From contig JAMPEY010000007.1 of assembly GCA_023664665.1 (NCBI GenBank), positions 14,899-78,898 of the forward strand: a DNA stretch of 64,000 nucleotides, given 5' to 3'. The position numbers and the translations under genes are program-made. Origin of the DNA: Lachnoclostridium sp. GTDB lineage: Bacteria > Bacillota > Clostridia > Lachnospirales > Lachnospiraceae. This document shows, one piece after another, positions 28,399-38,409 of this stretch. The notes beneath the pieces were generated by a model. The model worked only from the letters and a program-made list of their open reading frames with translations, did no database searches and was not told where the DNA came from. Position 1 is the first letter of the stretch. The number at the start of each line of letters is the position of its first letter.

Positions 28399-30201
28399 TT
28401 ATACTTCCTTTTCTTCCTCCGCCCGGACAATCCGGATACCCAGCTCTTCCAGTTGAATCCCGTCCACCACATTGGGCGCATCCGTCATCAGGCAGGAGGC
28501 ATCCTTTACCTTGGGGAACGCAATCACCTCACGAATGTTGTCGGCTCCGGCAAGCAGCATCACAAAACGGTCCAATCCGATTGCCAGTCCTGCGTGGGGC
28601 GGAACGCCGTACTTAAACGCATTCAACAGAAATCCAAAACGCTCATACGCCTGCTCCCTCGTAAAGCCCAGCACCTCAAACATCTTCTCCTGTATGTCAT
28701 TCTGGAAAATTCTCACGCTGCCGCCGCCCAGCTCAATGCCGTTTAACACAATATCATATGCCTTGGCGCGCACTTCCCCGGGTTTTGTATCAAGCAGAGC
28801 CAAATCCTCTTCCATCAGCATGGTAAAAGGATGGTGCATTGCCACAAAACGGTTCTCCTCCTCGCTCCACTCAAGCAGAGGAAACTCGGTTATCCACAAA
28901 AAGTTAAATGCAGAATTATCAATCAGCTGGAGCTGCTTTGCCAACTCACAGCGCAGCGCCCCCAAAACCGACCATACAATTTTCAATTTATCCGCCGCGA
29001 AAAACAGTAAATCCCCCGGCTTCCCTTTCATAACCTCCACCAGCGCCTTTAATTTCTCTTCCGTCATAAACTTTGCAAAGGAAGATTTATAGGAGCCGTC
29101 CGGCTGTACGGATAAATAAGCCAGCCCCTTTGCTCCATAACCCTTGGCAAATTCAATCAGGGCGTCGATTTTCTTCCGGGGCATTTCCGCCTGTCCTTTG
29201 ACATTGATTCCCCTTACGCTGCCGCCTGCCTCCAAAGCCGAAGTAAATACCGCAAACCCGCAATCCGCCACGGTTTCGGACACATCGGTAAGCTCCATTC
29301 CAAAGCGGGTGTCCGGCTTATCCGAGCCAAAACGGTCCATGGCTTCTTTCCATGTCATGCGGGGCATGGGAAGCTTCACCTCCAGCCCCACCGCTTCCCT
29401 GCAGACCTTTTGCACCATACGCTCCGTCACATCAATCACATCGTCCACATCCACAAAGGACATTTCCATATCCATCTGGGTAAATTCCGGCTGCCTGTCC
29501 GCTCTCAAATCCTCATCCCTGAAGCATTTTGCCAATTGAAAATAGCGGTCATAACCGGAACACATTAAAAGCTGCTTAAACAACTGAGGGGATTGGGGCA
29601 GCGCATAAAAAGTCCCCGGATGCACACGGCTGGGCACCAGATAATCCCTTGCGCCCTCCGGTGTGGATTTTGTTAAAATGGGAGTCTCCATCTCCAAAAA
29701 GCCTTCTCCGCTCATAAAAGCCCTGATGGATGTAGTAATCGCGCTTCTAAGCATTAAATTTTTCTGCAGATCCGGTCTGCGCAAATCCAGATAACGATAT
29801 TTCAGACGCAGCTCTTCCTTGGTCTTAGAATCCGCTTCCACGGGAAAGGGAGGGGTCTCCGCCTCGGACAAGATACGCACCTGTGTAGCGCGGACCTCGA
29901 TTTCTCCCGTTGCCAGATTCTCATTTGCCGCCGCCTCACGCTTCTCCACTTTACCTACGACTGCCGCCACAAATTCACTTCTCAGTCTGGCAGCCTTTTC
30001 AAAATTTTCCGTCCCGCAGTCGCTCTCCTCAAAAATAATCTGCAAAATGCCTGCCCGGTCCCGCAAATCCACAAAAATAATGCCGCCCTTGTTTCTCTGC
30101 TTCTGCACCCAGCCCATCACCGTGACGGTCTCTCCGATATTCGCGGAGGATAACTCCCCACAGCGGTGTGTTCTCTTTAAACCCTTCATTGACTCTGCCA
30201 T
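28399..30201 (-). CDS. aspS: Aspartate--tRNA ligase
   Basis: Class II aaRS motifs (FRDEDLRADRQPEFTQ, GGGSVR), OB-fold N-terminus, 600 aa. Confidence 0.95.
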   Translation of the reverse strand: MAESMKGLKRTHRCGELSSANIGETVTVMGWVQKQRNKGGIIFVDLRDRAGILQIIFEESDCGTENFEKAARLRSEFVAAVVGKVEKREAAANENLATGEIEVRATQVRILSEAETPPFPVEADSKTKEELRLKYRYLDLRRPDLQKNLMLRSAITTSIRAFMSGEGFLEMETPILTKSTPEGARDYLVPSRVHPGTFYALPQSPQLFKQLLMCSGYDRYFQLAKCFRDEDLRADRQPEFTQMDMEMSFVDVDDVIDVTERMVQKVCREAVGLEVKLPMPRMTWKEAMDRFGSDKPDTRFGMELTDVSETVADCGFAVFTSALEAGGSVRGINVKGQAEMPRKKIDALIEFAKGYGAKGLAYLSVQPDGSYKSSFAKFMTEEKLKALVEVMKGKPGDLLFFAADKLKIVWSVLGALRCELAKQLQLIDNSAFNFLWITEFPLLEWSEEENRFVAMHHPFTMLMEEDLALLDTKPGEVRAKAYDIVLNGIELGGGSVRIFQNDIQEKMFEVLGFTREQAYERFGFLLNAFKYGVPPHAGLAIGLDRFVMLLAGADNIREVIAFPKVKDASCLMTDAPNVVDGIQLEELGIRIVRAEEEKEV

Positions 30202-30222
30202 TTTCCCAAACCCTCGATTCTG

Positions 30223-31497
30223 TTATTCTTCTTTTCCGTTCTTAAGCGGCTCCCTGTAAAACTCCTCAAAGCTCTCATAGCCTTCCTTTAAAAGCTGTTC
30301 TTTCTGGAATTTCTTATTTTTATTCATGCGCACCACCAACACCTGACTGCCGTCTTTTCTGGCTTCCTGCGCTTTGGCGATAACCCTGCACAATTCTTCC
30401 CCTGCAACGCCTTTTTCTATCAGATAGGCAATCTTTCTGGGGCTTTCGGGAATTTGGAATCCCCTTTCCATCAACAGCAGCACAATGCGCTCAAAGCCAA
30501 TGGAAAAACCGCATGCCGGAACATTATTTCCGGTAAAGCGTCCTACCATCTCATCATAACGCCCTCCGCCTCCGCAGCTTCCGCCGAATTCCGGCATTGC
30601 AATCTCAAAAATCGTTCCGGTATAATAGGACATTCCCCTCACCAGCGTAGGGTCAAACACTAACTCGAAGCTATCCTCTTTGGTGACACCCACACTTTCC
30701 ATAATTTCCGCAAAAGATGTCATCACCCCGTCGTCCAGATACCCGGAAAGCTTCTCTGCCAGATAAGAAATGCCGTTGTCCGCCTTCTCCACCTCGCTAA
30801 ACAGTTCCAGATACTTGTCACACTGCTCTTTGCCAAAACCATCTGCCAAAAGCTCGGACTTCACTCCTTCCAAGCCAATCTTGTCCATCTTATCCAGAGT
30901 GATAAACACACTGTCATAGTCCGACTCCGCAAACCCTGCATAAGCCGCCATTCCCTTTAAAATACGCCTGTCATTTAACCGAATCTGAAAACCCGAAAAT
31001 CCTAACTTGGTCAAGGTTGTGGTGGTGGCGAGAATCAGTTCTATCTCAGCCAGATTGGAAGCCTCGCCCAAAATATCTATGTCACACTGCATAAATTGGC
31101 GGTATCTTCCCCTCTGGGGATTATCCGCGCGCCACACATTGCCCATCTGCAGCGCCTTAAAGGGAGCGGGGAGCTCCGCCGCATGATTGGAATAAAACCG
31201 TACCAGGGGCACCGTTAAATCATAGCGCAGACCACTGTCCACCACATCTTCTTCAGAAAGAGCTTCCGCCACATTCAACTTGTCCCCTCTCTTTAATATC
31301 TTAAAAATCAGCTTCTCATTCTCTCCGCCCTGCCTGCTGCTCAAATTTGCAATATTTTCCACACAGGGAGTCTCGATGGAGGTAAAGCCGAATTTACCGT
31401 AAGTCTCCTTAATCACGCCGATTACATAATCCCTGATTCTCATTTCTTCCGGCAAAATATCCTTCATACCCTTTGTGGGCTTCTTACTCAGCGCCAT
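30223..31497 (-). CDS. hisS: Histidine--tRNA ligase
   Basis: GMKDILP and RYDLTVPLVR class II motifs. Confidence 0.95.
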   Translation of the reverse strand: MALSKKPTKGMKDILPEEMRIRDYVIGVIKETYGKFGFTSIETPCVENIANLSSRQGGENEKLIFKILKRGDKLNVAEALSEEDVVDSGLRYDLTVPLVRFYSNHAAELPAPFKALQMGNVWRADNPQRGRYRQFMQCDIDILGEASNLAEIELILATTTTLTKLGFSGFQIRLNDRRILKGMAAYAGFAESDYDSVFITLDKMDKIGLEGVKSELLADGFGKEQCDKYLELFSEVEKADNGISYLAEKLSGYLDDGVMTSFAEIMESVGVTKEDSFELVFDPTLVRGMSYYTGTIFEIAMPEFGGSCGGGGRYDEMVGRFTGNNVPACGFSIGFERIVLLLMERGFQIPESPRKIAYLIEKGVAGEELCRVIAKAQEARKDGSQVLVVRMNKNKKFQKEQLLKEGYESFEEFYREPLKNGKEE

Positions 31498-31543
31498 AAT
31501 ATCCCTCGTTTCTACTTTTTAATGATACCGATTTACTTCTTAC

Positions 31544-31572
31544 ATGATATATTTTTTCCCTGAAACTGTCAA
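31544..31572 (-). promoter_or_regulatory. Putative hisS-aspS promoter (TTGACA-17-TATCAT) with a short leader; no T-box detected
   Basis: Hexamers read on the minus strand ~45 nt upstream of the hisS ATG. Confidence 0.35.
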
Positions 31573-31735
31573 TATTTATCCGCATCCCTTTTTCATGATT
31601 TCCGCAAAAAACACTTGACTGACCGGCTTCCTGTTATTATAATAATATTGCGGTTAGTGATTGCTAACCGCATGTCCTTAATTAACTTTTGCTTACTGCT
31701 ATTTCATAATAAACATAACAGAAAGGAAATAACAC

Positions 31736-31912
31736 ATGTTATCTTGGCTTACTTTAAATGCGGGAAACATTATCGTCAGCGCCCTGCTCATAGCAATCGT
31801 ATCTCTTATTATCGCCAAATTGGTAAAGGATAAGAAAAAAGGCAAGTCCTCCTGCGGCTGTGGCTGTGCAAATTGCGCTTTAAACGGGCAGTGCCACAAA
31901 AAGCCGGATTAA
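31736..31912 (+). CDS. FeoB-associated Cys-rich membrane protein family, 58 aa (below the ORF-track cutoff)
   Basis: MLSWLTLNAGNIIVSALLIAIVSLIIAKLVKDKKKGKSSCGCGCANCALNGQCHKKPD: one TM helix, then a KDKKKG..C.C.C..C tail. RBS AAAGGA upstream. Confidence 0.6.
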   Translation: MLSWLTLNAGNIIVSALLIAIVSLIIAKLVKDKKKGKSSCGCGCANCALNGQCHKKPD

Positions 31913-31932
31913 TCCCCAATCGGATGTGCCCT

Positions 31933-32847
31933 TTACTCTGCCCGTATAATCTCCCTCACAACAAACTGAGGCGACTTATTCAGGGAAATATAAATTCTTC
32001 CGATATACTCCCCTATCAGACCCAGCATAATCAGATTCAGTCCCCCGATAAACAAGAGCACCGCCATCAGGGCGCTGAATCCCATGACATAATTGAGACC
32101 CAGCAGTTTGCGCACTATGGTTACAATGCCGTAGATAAAACCCGCCACTGCCGAAAAGAAACCGCAGGCGGTGGCAATGCGCAGGGGTTTCACGCTGAAT
32201 GCCGTGAATCCGTTCATCCACAGCTTCACCAGCTTACTGAAGGTATATCCTGACTGCCCTACTTCCCGCTCCCTGTGAGTAATATCGATATTGATAATAT
32301 CCTTTGTAGTCCTAAGCACCAATCCCATTACATAGGGATAAGGATTTTCATATTTCTTCATTTCCTCAACGATAAAGCGCTTTGCCGCAAAATAACTGGA
32401 AATCTGCAGATTCTTGGGCTTGTCCAGCAAAACTACCGCCATCAGATCATTGATTTTACTGCCGAAATTCCTAAAACCGGAATGCTTTTTATTCTCATAA
32501 TGGGCATATGCCACATCATGTCCCTGCCTCACTGCGTCAATGAGTTTACGGGCTTCATTTGCCGGCGTCTGTCCGTCATCGTCCAGACACACGATAATAT
32601 CGCCGCCCACTTGATGGAATCCTGCCATCAGCGCCGCATGCTGACCGAAATTTTCGCTCAGGTTCACTCCCACAATATTCTTATTATCGTTACATAGTTT
32701 ACGGATGACCTCAAAGGTATTGTCCGGCGATGCGTCGTTTACCAAAATAATCTCAAACGCCTCATCCTTTATGGTATCTTTAATCTCGTCCACCACTTTT
32801 TCAATGGTCTTCTCCGAATTATAGCAGGGTATCACAAAGCTGATCAT
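31933..32847 (-). CDS. GT2 family polyprenyl-phosphate glycosyltransferase (GtrB/CsbB/DPM1-like)
   Basis: VIPCYNSEKTI ... LVNDASPDNT ... LDDDGQ motifs. Two C-terminal TM helices. Confidence 0.8.
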   Translation of the reverse strand: MISFVIPCYNSEKTIEKVVDEIKDTIKDEAFEIILVNDASPDNTFEVIRKLCNDNKNIVGVNLSENFGQHAALMAGFHQVGGDIIVCLDDDGQTPANEARKLIDAVRQGHDVAYAHYENKKHSGFRNFGSKINDLMAVVLLDKPKNLQISSYFAAKRFIVEEMKKYENPYPYVMGLVLRTTKDIINIDITHREREVGQSGYTFSKLVKLWMNGFTAFSVKPLRIATACGFFSAVAGFIYGIVTIVRKLLGLNYVMGFSALMAVLLFIGGLNLIMLGLIGEYIGRIYISLNKSPQFVVREIIRAE

Positions 32848-32887
32848 CCATTTTCTCCTGTCCGGTTTCCCTATTATTTGTACTTTT

Positions 32888-32916
32888 CATTCTATCATTG
32901 CCGCCCGATTTGTCAA
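32888..32916 (-). promoter_or_regulatory. Putative promoter of the GT2 gene (TTGACA-16-TAGAAT)
   Basis: Read on the minus strand ~40 nt upstream of the GT2 ATG. Confidence 0.35.
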
Positions 32917-32934
32917 GATTTTTCAACCCGCAAG

Positions 32935-32969
32935 GAAAAGGCTGCCGTATCGGTACTCCTACGGCAGCC
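32935..32969 (-). terminator. Rho-independent terminator after hydA
   Basis: GGCTGCCGTA-n10-TACGGCAGCC hairpin followed by TTTTCC on the minus strand. Confidence 0.55.
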
Positions 32970-32983
32970 TGCAAGTCTTACTG

Positions 32984-34690
32984 TCAATATTCTACATGAA
33001 GTAATTCATGGGCTTTGTGGGACAGGGGCTTTTCCAGAAAACTCTTATAACATTCTTCAATCTCAGGGTTTTCATGGGAGAACCGCAGGGGATTCTTCTG
33101 ATCCAGATCATAGAGGACTCCCGTTCTCGCCGGCACATCCGCACCGCCGTCATGAATCGGCTGACCGCCGCCGTTTACACAGCCGCCGGGACATGCCATA
33201 ACCTCAACAAAGTCATAGACCGCCTCGCCCTTGTCAATTCTTTCCATAAGCTTCCTTGCATTCACAAGACCGCTTACTATGGCAATCTTAATCTCATCTC
33301 CGTTCATATCCACGGTGGCTTCCCTGATACCGTCCGTTCCCCGTACATAGCGGAAGAAATCGGGATCCGGATTCTTGCCGGTCACCACAAAATATGCCGT
33401 TCTGAGCGCTGCCTCCATCACGCCGCCCGTTGCGCCGAAAATAACGCCTGCACCGGTATGTACCCCAAGGGGCTTGTCAAAATCATCCTCCGGCACATTT
33501 TCCGGTCTCACATAATATGCTTTCAAAAGCCTTGCCACTTCCCTTGTAGTCAGCACTTCGTCCACATCGCGTCCCGTTCCTGCGCTGTCCATGCCCCCGA
33601 GAGTAATTTCCCTCTTTTTGGAAACACAGGGCATCAGGGAAACCACAAACAGCTTGGAAGGATCCACTCCCAGAATCTGTGCATAATAAGATTTTGCAAT
33701 GGCTCCGAACATCTGCTGGGGAGACTTCGCGCTGGACAGCCTGCTTACATACTGCGGATATTGGGTATGCAGGAAATTCACCCAGCCGGGACAGCAGGAA
33801 GTAAACATGGGAAGCTTTTTCTCCCGGATTTCGGAAAGCCTTCCCAAAAATTCATTGCCTTCCTCCATAATGGTCAAATCTGCGGAAAAGTTGGTGTCAA
33901 AAATATAGTCAAATCCTATTTTTCTCAGACAGCCCACCAATTTCTCCTGCGTCGCAATCTCTCTGGGAAGTCCGAAATCTTCTCCCCATGCGGTGCGCAC
34001 CGCCGGAGCAATCTGCACAATGGTAATCTTCTCCGGATCTTCCACCGCATCCAATACCCTGCCCACATCATCTCTCTCCCGAAGGGCGCCTACTGGGCAG
34101 TTTACGATACACTGTCCGCACAGGGTACAATCCACATCCTCAATCTTTTGACCGTTGCATACATTAACCGTGGTTCTTGCTCCGGTATTTACCACATCCC
34201 AGATATCCATTCCCTGAACCTTATCGCACACCTGTACGCATCTCATACATTTAATGCATTTTGAAGAATCCCTTACCAGAGGGAATTTCTTATTGACAGG
34301 GGCCTCTTCCGGATGTACCTCATAGGGCATATCGGTAATGTTCAAATCATTTGCTATGGTCTGCAGGCTGCAATTACCGCTGCGCACACAGGTAGCGCAC
34401 TGGAAGTTATGCTGGGACAAAATCAGCTTCACATTGGTCTTCCGCACCAATCTTGCCTTATGGCTGTGCGTATGAACGCGCATGCCCTCTTCCACTACAC
34501 TGTTGCAGGCCGTCACGCATCTGTCCATGCCTTCCACTTCTACCACGCATACCCTGCAGGCGCCGATTTCATTGATATCCTTCAGATAGCATAATGTGGG
34601 GATATTGATTCCGGCGGATTTGGCAGCTTCTAAAATTGTAGTTCCTTCCTCTACGGAAATATTGATATCATTGATACACAAATTTACCAT
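32984..34690 (-). CDS. hydA: [FeFe]-hydrogenase catalytic subunit (group A, HydA/HndD-like) with N-terminal 2Fe-2S and 4Fe-4S ferredoxin domains
   Basis: N-terminal 2Fe-2S fold (CYLKDINEIGACRVCVVEV). Multiple CxxCxxCxxxCP motifs. H-cluster motifs TSCCPGW and MPCVSKK. Confidence 0.9.
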   Translation of the reverse strand: MVNLCINDINISVEEGTTILEAAKSAGINIPTLCYLKDINEIGACRVCVVEVEGMDRCVTACNSVVEEGMRVHTHSHKARLVRKTNVKLILSQHNFQCATCVRSGNCSLQTIANDLNITDMPYEVHPEEAPVNKKFPLVRDSSKCIKCMRCVQVCDKVQGMDIWDVVNTGARTTVNVCNGQKIEDVDCTLCGQCIVNCPVGALRERDDVGRVLDAVEDPEKITIVQIAPAVRTAWGEDFGLPREIATQEKLVGCLRKIGFDYIFDTNFSADLTIMEEGNEFLGRLSEIREKKLPMFTSCCPGWVNFLHTQYPQYVSRLSSAKSPQQMFGAIAKSYYAQILGVDPSKLFVVSLMPCVSKKREITLGGMDSAGTGRDVDEVLTTREVARLLKAYYVRPENVPEDDFDKPLGVHTGAGVIFGATGGVMEAALRTAYFVVTGKNPDPDFFRYVRGTDGIREATVDMNGDEIKIAIVSGLVNARKLMERIDKGEAVYDFVEVMACPGGCVNGGGQPIHDGGADVPARTGVLYDLDQKNPLRFSHENPEIEECYKSFLEKPLSHKAHELLHVEY

Positions 34691-36540
34691 TTCTCTTTTC
34701 GCCCTCCTCTAAATGAACCGTATCCAAAGTGATCGCAGCGTAAGCATCTTCCGGCCTCCTGACATGCCTCCTCGCAAGTCATGGACAACTCAATGGGCTC
34801 GAAATCCTTCTTCCTGTCGCCGGAATTTCTAAAGGCAAGCTCCACTCTGCCGCAGGGAGCTTTATTCGTATAAGCGGGCTCCGGAATATCAACTCCGCTG
34901 ACAATCTCATGATGGAAGCCCAGATATTCGTCAATATTGGCTGCCGCCACCTTTCCTGCGGCAATGGCTCTGATAACGGTAGCAGGACCCGTCACGCAGT
35001 CGCCTCCCGCAAAGATGCCCGGCAGATTCATGATTTCACTGCTGTTCAACGCATCAATCGCGCCTCTCTTCACGCTGATGCCAAATTCTTCAAAAGGTTT
35101 TGACACGATTCCCTGTCCAATGGCTACCAGAATCAAATCGCATTCGATTTTCTCCTCCGGCAGATCGGCATTCTTGGGAGAGGGTCTTCCGTGGGAAACA
35201 CTGCTGATCATCTGGGGCTGTACCACCAATGCTTTCACATGATTGTTTTCGTCCGTTTCGATTCGCACGGGGGCTTTTAATTCCACAACCTCGCAGCCCT
35301 CCGCCTCGGCTCCGTCCACTTCTTCCCTGAGGGCGGTCATATCCGCTTTGCGCCTTCTGTATACAATGCTTACCTTCTCGGCTCCCAGTCTTACGGAAGA
35401 ACGCGCCACATCCATTGCCACATTTCCGCCGCCGATGACTACTACCTTCTTACCGGAATAATCAGGCATCACACCGTCACCAATACTTCTGAGCATCTCA
35501 ACCGCAGAAATCACTCCTTCGGCGTCCTCGCCCTCCAAGCCGATTTTTTTGTCCGTATGGGCACCGATTGCTATGTAAAGGGCATCATAATCTTTCTTCA
35601 AATCCGTAATGGAGATGTCTTCACCTACGCTGATTTGGGTCTTTACCTCAATGCCTGCGGAAAGAATGGCGTTAATCTCCGCATCCAGACGCTTTCTGGG
35701 AAGACGGTAATTGGGAATTCCATAACGCAGCATCCCTCCCAACTGCTTCCTCTGTTCGTAAATCACTACCTTATGTCCCATCAGGGAAAGGTAATAAGCA
35801 GCACTTAAACCTCCGGGACCGCCGCCGATGACCGCCACGCGCTTACCTGTCTGGGGCGCACATTCGGGAATCGGCACATCTCCCGCCATATCCACCGCTA
35901 CCCTCTTTAATCCCCTGATGTTCACCGGAGCGTCAATCATGGTGCGCTTACATCTGTTTTCACAGGGATGCTCACAAATCAGGGCACAGGTCACGGGCAG
36001 GGGATTGTCCTTGCGAATCAAACGCACGGCATCCGCGTACCGCTTCTCCGCCACCAGCGCAATATAACCCGGTACATCCACCCCTGCGGGACAGAGCGTT
36101 GCGCAGGGAACCGGCTGACTACTGTTACAGGTGCAGTGATGGGCTCTGACATGGGATACGAAATCCTCCCTGCAGCCCTCCAGACACCTAAGCACCATTC
36201 CTGCCGCTTCAAAACCAATGGCACAGTCCGCAGACTGATAAATGCTTTCCGCCGTCAATTTGATAACATCCAGAGTGTCCATATCTGCTTTTCCGTTCAG
36301 TACATCCTCCAAAAGCCGTACAATCTGGTCAAGACCCACACGGCAGGGAACACATTTGCCGCAGGACTGCGCCAGACACATCCTTACAAAGGAACATACC
36401 AAATCAACGGAACACAAACCCGGCGGGCTTGCCGCAATCCGCCTCTCCAGATCGGAATACAAGGCCTCCATGGTAATCTGCGCCTTGTTTTTTGTATGAA
36501 TGCTTAATCTGCTCATCTTTCCTCTCATTCCGCCGCGCAA
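34684..36540 (-). CDS. NAD(P)H-oxidoreductase partner of the hydrogenase: NuoF-C-terminal-like Fe-S module fused to a GltD-like FAD/NAD(P) domain
   Basis: CGKCVPCR (NuoF-type 4Fe-4S), then VAVIGGGPGGLSAAYYL and VVVIGGGNVAMD Rossmann motifs. Start overlaps the hydA stop. Confidence 0.8.
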   Translation of the reverse strand: MRGGMRGKMSRLSIHTKNKAQITMEALYSDLERRIAASPPGLCSVDLVCSFVRMCLAQSCGKCVPCRVGLDQIVRLLEDVLNGKADMDTLDVIKLTAESIYQSADCAIGFEAAGMVLRCLEGCREDFVSHVRAHHCTCNSSQPVPCATLCPAGVDVPGYIALVAEKRYADAVRLIRKDNPLPVTCALICEHPCENRCKRTMIDAPVNIRGLKRVAVDMAGDVPIPECAPQTGKRVAVIGGGPGGLSAAYYLSLMGHKVVIYEQRKQLGGMLRYGIPNYRLPRKRLDAEINAILSAGIEVKTQISVGEDISITDLKKDYDALYIAIGAHTDKKIGLEGEDAEGVISAVEMLRSIGDGVMPDYSGKKVVVIGGGNVAMDVARSSVRLGAEKVSIVYRRRKADMTALREEVDGAEAEGCEVVELKAPVRIETDENNHVKALVVQPQMISSVSHGRPSPKNADLPEEKIECDLILVAIGQGIVSKPFEEFGISVKRGAIDALNSSEIMNLPGIFAGGDCVTGPATVIRAIAAGKVAAANIDEYLGFHHEIVSGVDIPEPAYTNKAPCGRVELAFRNSGDRKKDFEPIELSMTCEEACQEAGRCLRCDHFGYGSFRGGRKEKW

Positions 36541-36824
36541 GCGGCATTTTAATCAGCGGGAACTTTGGGACGCACAGCGTCACAAATTCCGAGATTGAAA
36601 ATTTTTAATTTTCAATCTTTTCCTCCATGTTACGATTGCTTTTCTAAGTACGACTAACTTTGGTATTTCTCAAACTTCCTTTTATTTCAAAACCCTACGA
36701 ATGCCCCACGCATTCCCCCTCTCCTATTTTTTCGTCCGTTCCATACAGCTTTCTTACTCTGATAAAATAAGTATAGCATAGTACACCGCTTCCGCGCAAT
36801 TTATATTTAGTCAGCCGGTAAATT

Positions 36825-38378
36825 CTATTGTTGGCTGTCTTCATATTTGAAATAATCAAAATCCGCCGCTTTCCTGCTGCCGCAGCCGCCATTGTTGGCA
36901 TAAATGCCCACCAGGGTTCCGGTATGACGCTTGGGGTCGTCAGGGACGCCCTCATCGCACAGGTAAATACAGTTCTTTAACGCCCCTATAGGTATCCACT
37001 CTTCGCCGTCATAACTGTAATAAAAAATTCTGTCCAGCTTATCCACTTCCACTTTTAAATGCACCGGGGCTTCTTTCACATCAGCAATCTCCGCCACCAG
37101 CTCCTCTCCATGGTTCCTGTTGATCACAAGCTGTATTTTCCTGCCTCCCTCATAGCACAGCGCGCATCTTGCATAAGTGGCTGTGCTGTAATAACAGGTC
37201 AGCCCCGCCTGCTCCCCGTCCTTGTCAGGGTAAAATTCCACCTTGGTCCAAGCCTTGTAGGAAAGCTCCTGCTCCCTGCGAAGCAGGGTATTCTTGGCAC
37301 GAATCTCGTTTAACTGACCGTCTCTGGTCCAAATGCGGAAATAGCCGGGACGCTCCGTCAAAGACCACGAGCCGTTATCGGGATTCCGTACAAATTCCCA
37401 TTCTAAATTCAGCTTACTGTCATCAAAATCATCCGACAGATTCCGCTCGTAAACGCATTCCGGCAAATCCGGCGCCGTCTGGGTCAGGCTGGGGCCCTTT
37501 CCCTCATTTACGGTAAACCAGCCGTCCTCGGTCCACCGAACCGGGTCTAAGGCAGACTCCCTGCCCACAGTGGTATATTTTCCCTGATTGGGTCTTCCGC
37601 AGAGATAATAACACCACCACTGTCCGTTCTGATCCTGTACCAGCTTCCCATGCCCCGTCCTCTGAATGGGCGCATCGGGGTCCGTCTGGCGCATCACCGG
37701 ATTGTAGGGAGAATTTTCATAAACACCATAAAGCTCCCTGCTCCTGCCCACATTGATTCTATGACCGTAACCGGTGCCGCCCTCCGCAAGAATCGCGTAA
37801 TAATAACCGTCCTTCTTCATGAGATGGGGACCCTCCGGACATCTTTCGCCCGTGCCTTCCCATGCCGTCCTTACGGGTCCCGCCAAAGAAAGCCCGTCCG
37901 CGCTTAAGGGAACCGTCCGTGCCGCCTTGGCAATCACCATGTATTTGCTTCCGTCATCATCCACAAACAGCGAAGGGTCAATATCGTCCACTTCCAGACA
38001 TACGGGTTTGCTGTAAGGTCCTTCCGGCTTGTCGGACACCATCACAAGCTGTCTGCGCATCACATTATTATCCCGCTTGCCGTCTGCATTGAGGCGCAAT
38101 GTCGCGTAAATATAAAACTTTCCGTCCACATATTCCAAATCCGGCGCCCAGATACCGTGGGAGTCTTTTGTTTCACTCAAATCCAGCCATTCCGAATTCG
38201 TAACGGCATGCCCTATAATATGCCAATGCACCATATCCCTGGAATGGGAAATGGGGATTGCCGGAAAATACTGAAAGCTGGAATTGACCATGTAATAATC
38301 ATCCCCCACCCTGATAACGGACGGATCCGGGAAAAATCCCCTCTGCACCGGATTGTGGTAAACTCTCTGCTCTGCCAT
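36825..38378 (-). CDS. Glycoside hydrolase family 43 beta-xylosidase/alpha-L-arabinofuranosidase with C-terminal beta-sandwich domain
   Basis: N-terminal FPDPSVIRVGDDYYMV and internal WAPD / ..EGPH.. GH43 catalytic motifs. Confidence 0.85.
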   Translation of the reverse strand: MAEQRVYHNPVQRGFFPDPSVIRVGDDYYMVNSSFQYFPAIPISHSRDMVHWHIIGHAVTNSEWLDLSETKDSHGIWAPDLEYVDGKFYIYATLRLNADGKRDNNVMRRQLVMVSDKPEGPYSKPVCLEVDDIDPSLFVDDDGSKYMVIAKAARTVPLSADGLSLAGPVRTAWEGTGERCPEGPHLMKKDGYYYAILAEGGTGYGHRINVGRSRELYGVYENSPYNPVMRQTDPDAPIQRTGHGKLVQDQNGQWWCYYLCGRPNQGKYTTVGRESALDPVRWTEDGWFTVNEGKGPSLTQTAPDLPECVYERNLSDDFDDSKLNLEWEFVRNPDNGSWSLTERPGYFRIWTRDGQLNEIRAKNTLLRREQELSYKAWTKVEFYPDKDGEQAGLTCYYSTATYARCALCYEGGRKIQLVINRNHGEELVAEIADVKEAPVHLKVEVDKLDRIFYYSYDGEEWIPIGALKNCIYLCDEGVPDDPKRHTGTLVGIYANNGGCGSRKAADFDYFKYEDSQQ

Positions 38379-38409
38379 AAAGCTTCTCCTTTTCTTCTCC
38401 TGCCCTTCT

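Noticed and set aside
31498-31735. Possible T-box leader upstream of hisS-aspS
   Set aside because: A TTGACA-17-TATCAT promoter lies only ~45 nt from the hisS ATG, leaving no room for a ~250-nt T-box. The conserved T-box sequence (AGGGTGGNACCGCG) was not found on either strand. The GCGGTTAG...CTAACCGC hairpin further upstream lacks a U-tract and belongs to the divergent small-peptide gene region.
33008-34264. 418-aa plus-strand ORF antisense to hydA
   Set aside because: Shadow frame of a GC-rich, Cys-codon-rich hydrogenase gene. No recognisable motifs.
36695-36955. 86-aa minus-strand ORF in the hydrogenase-operon leader / GH43 3' end
   Set aside because: Overlaps the 3' end of the GH43 gene and a ~290-nt AT-rich leader. 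Ala-run and Arg-rich composition typical of a spurious frame.
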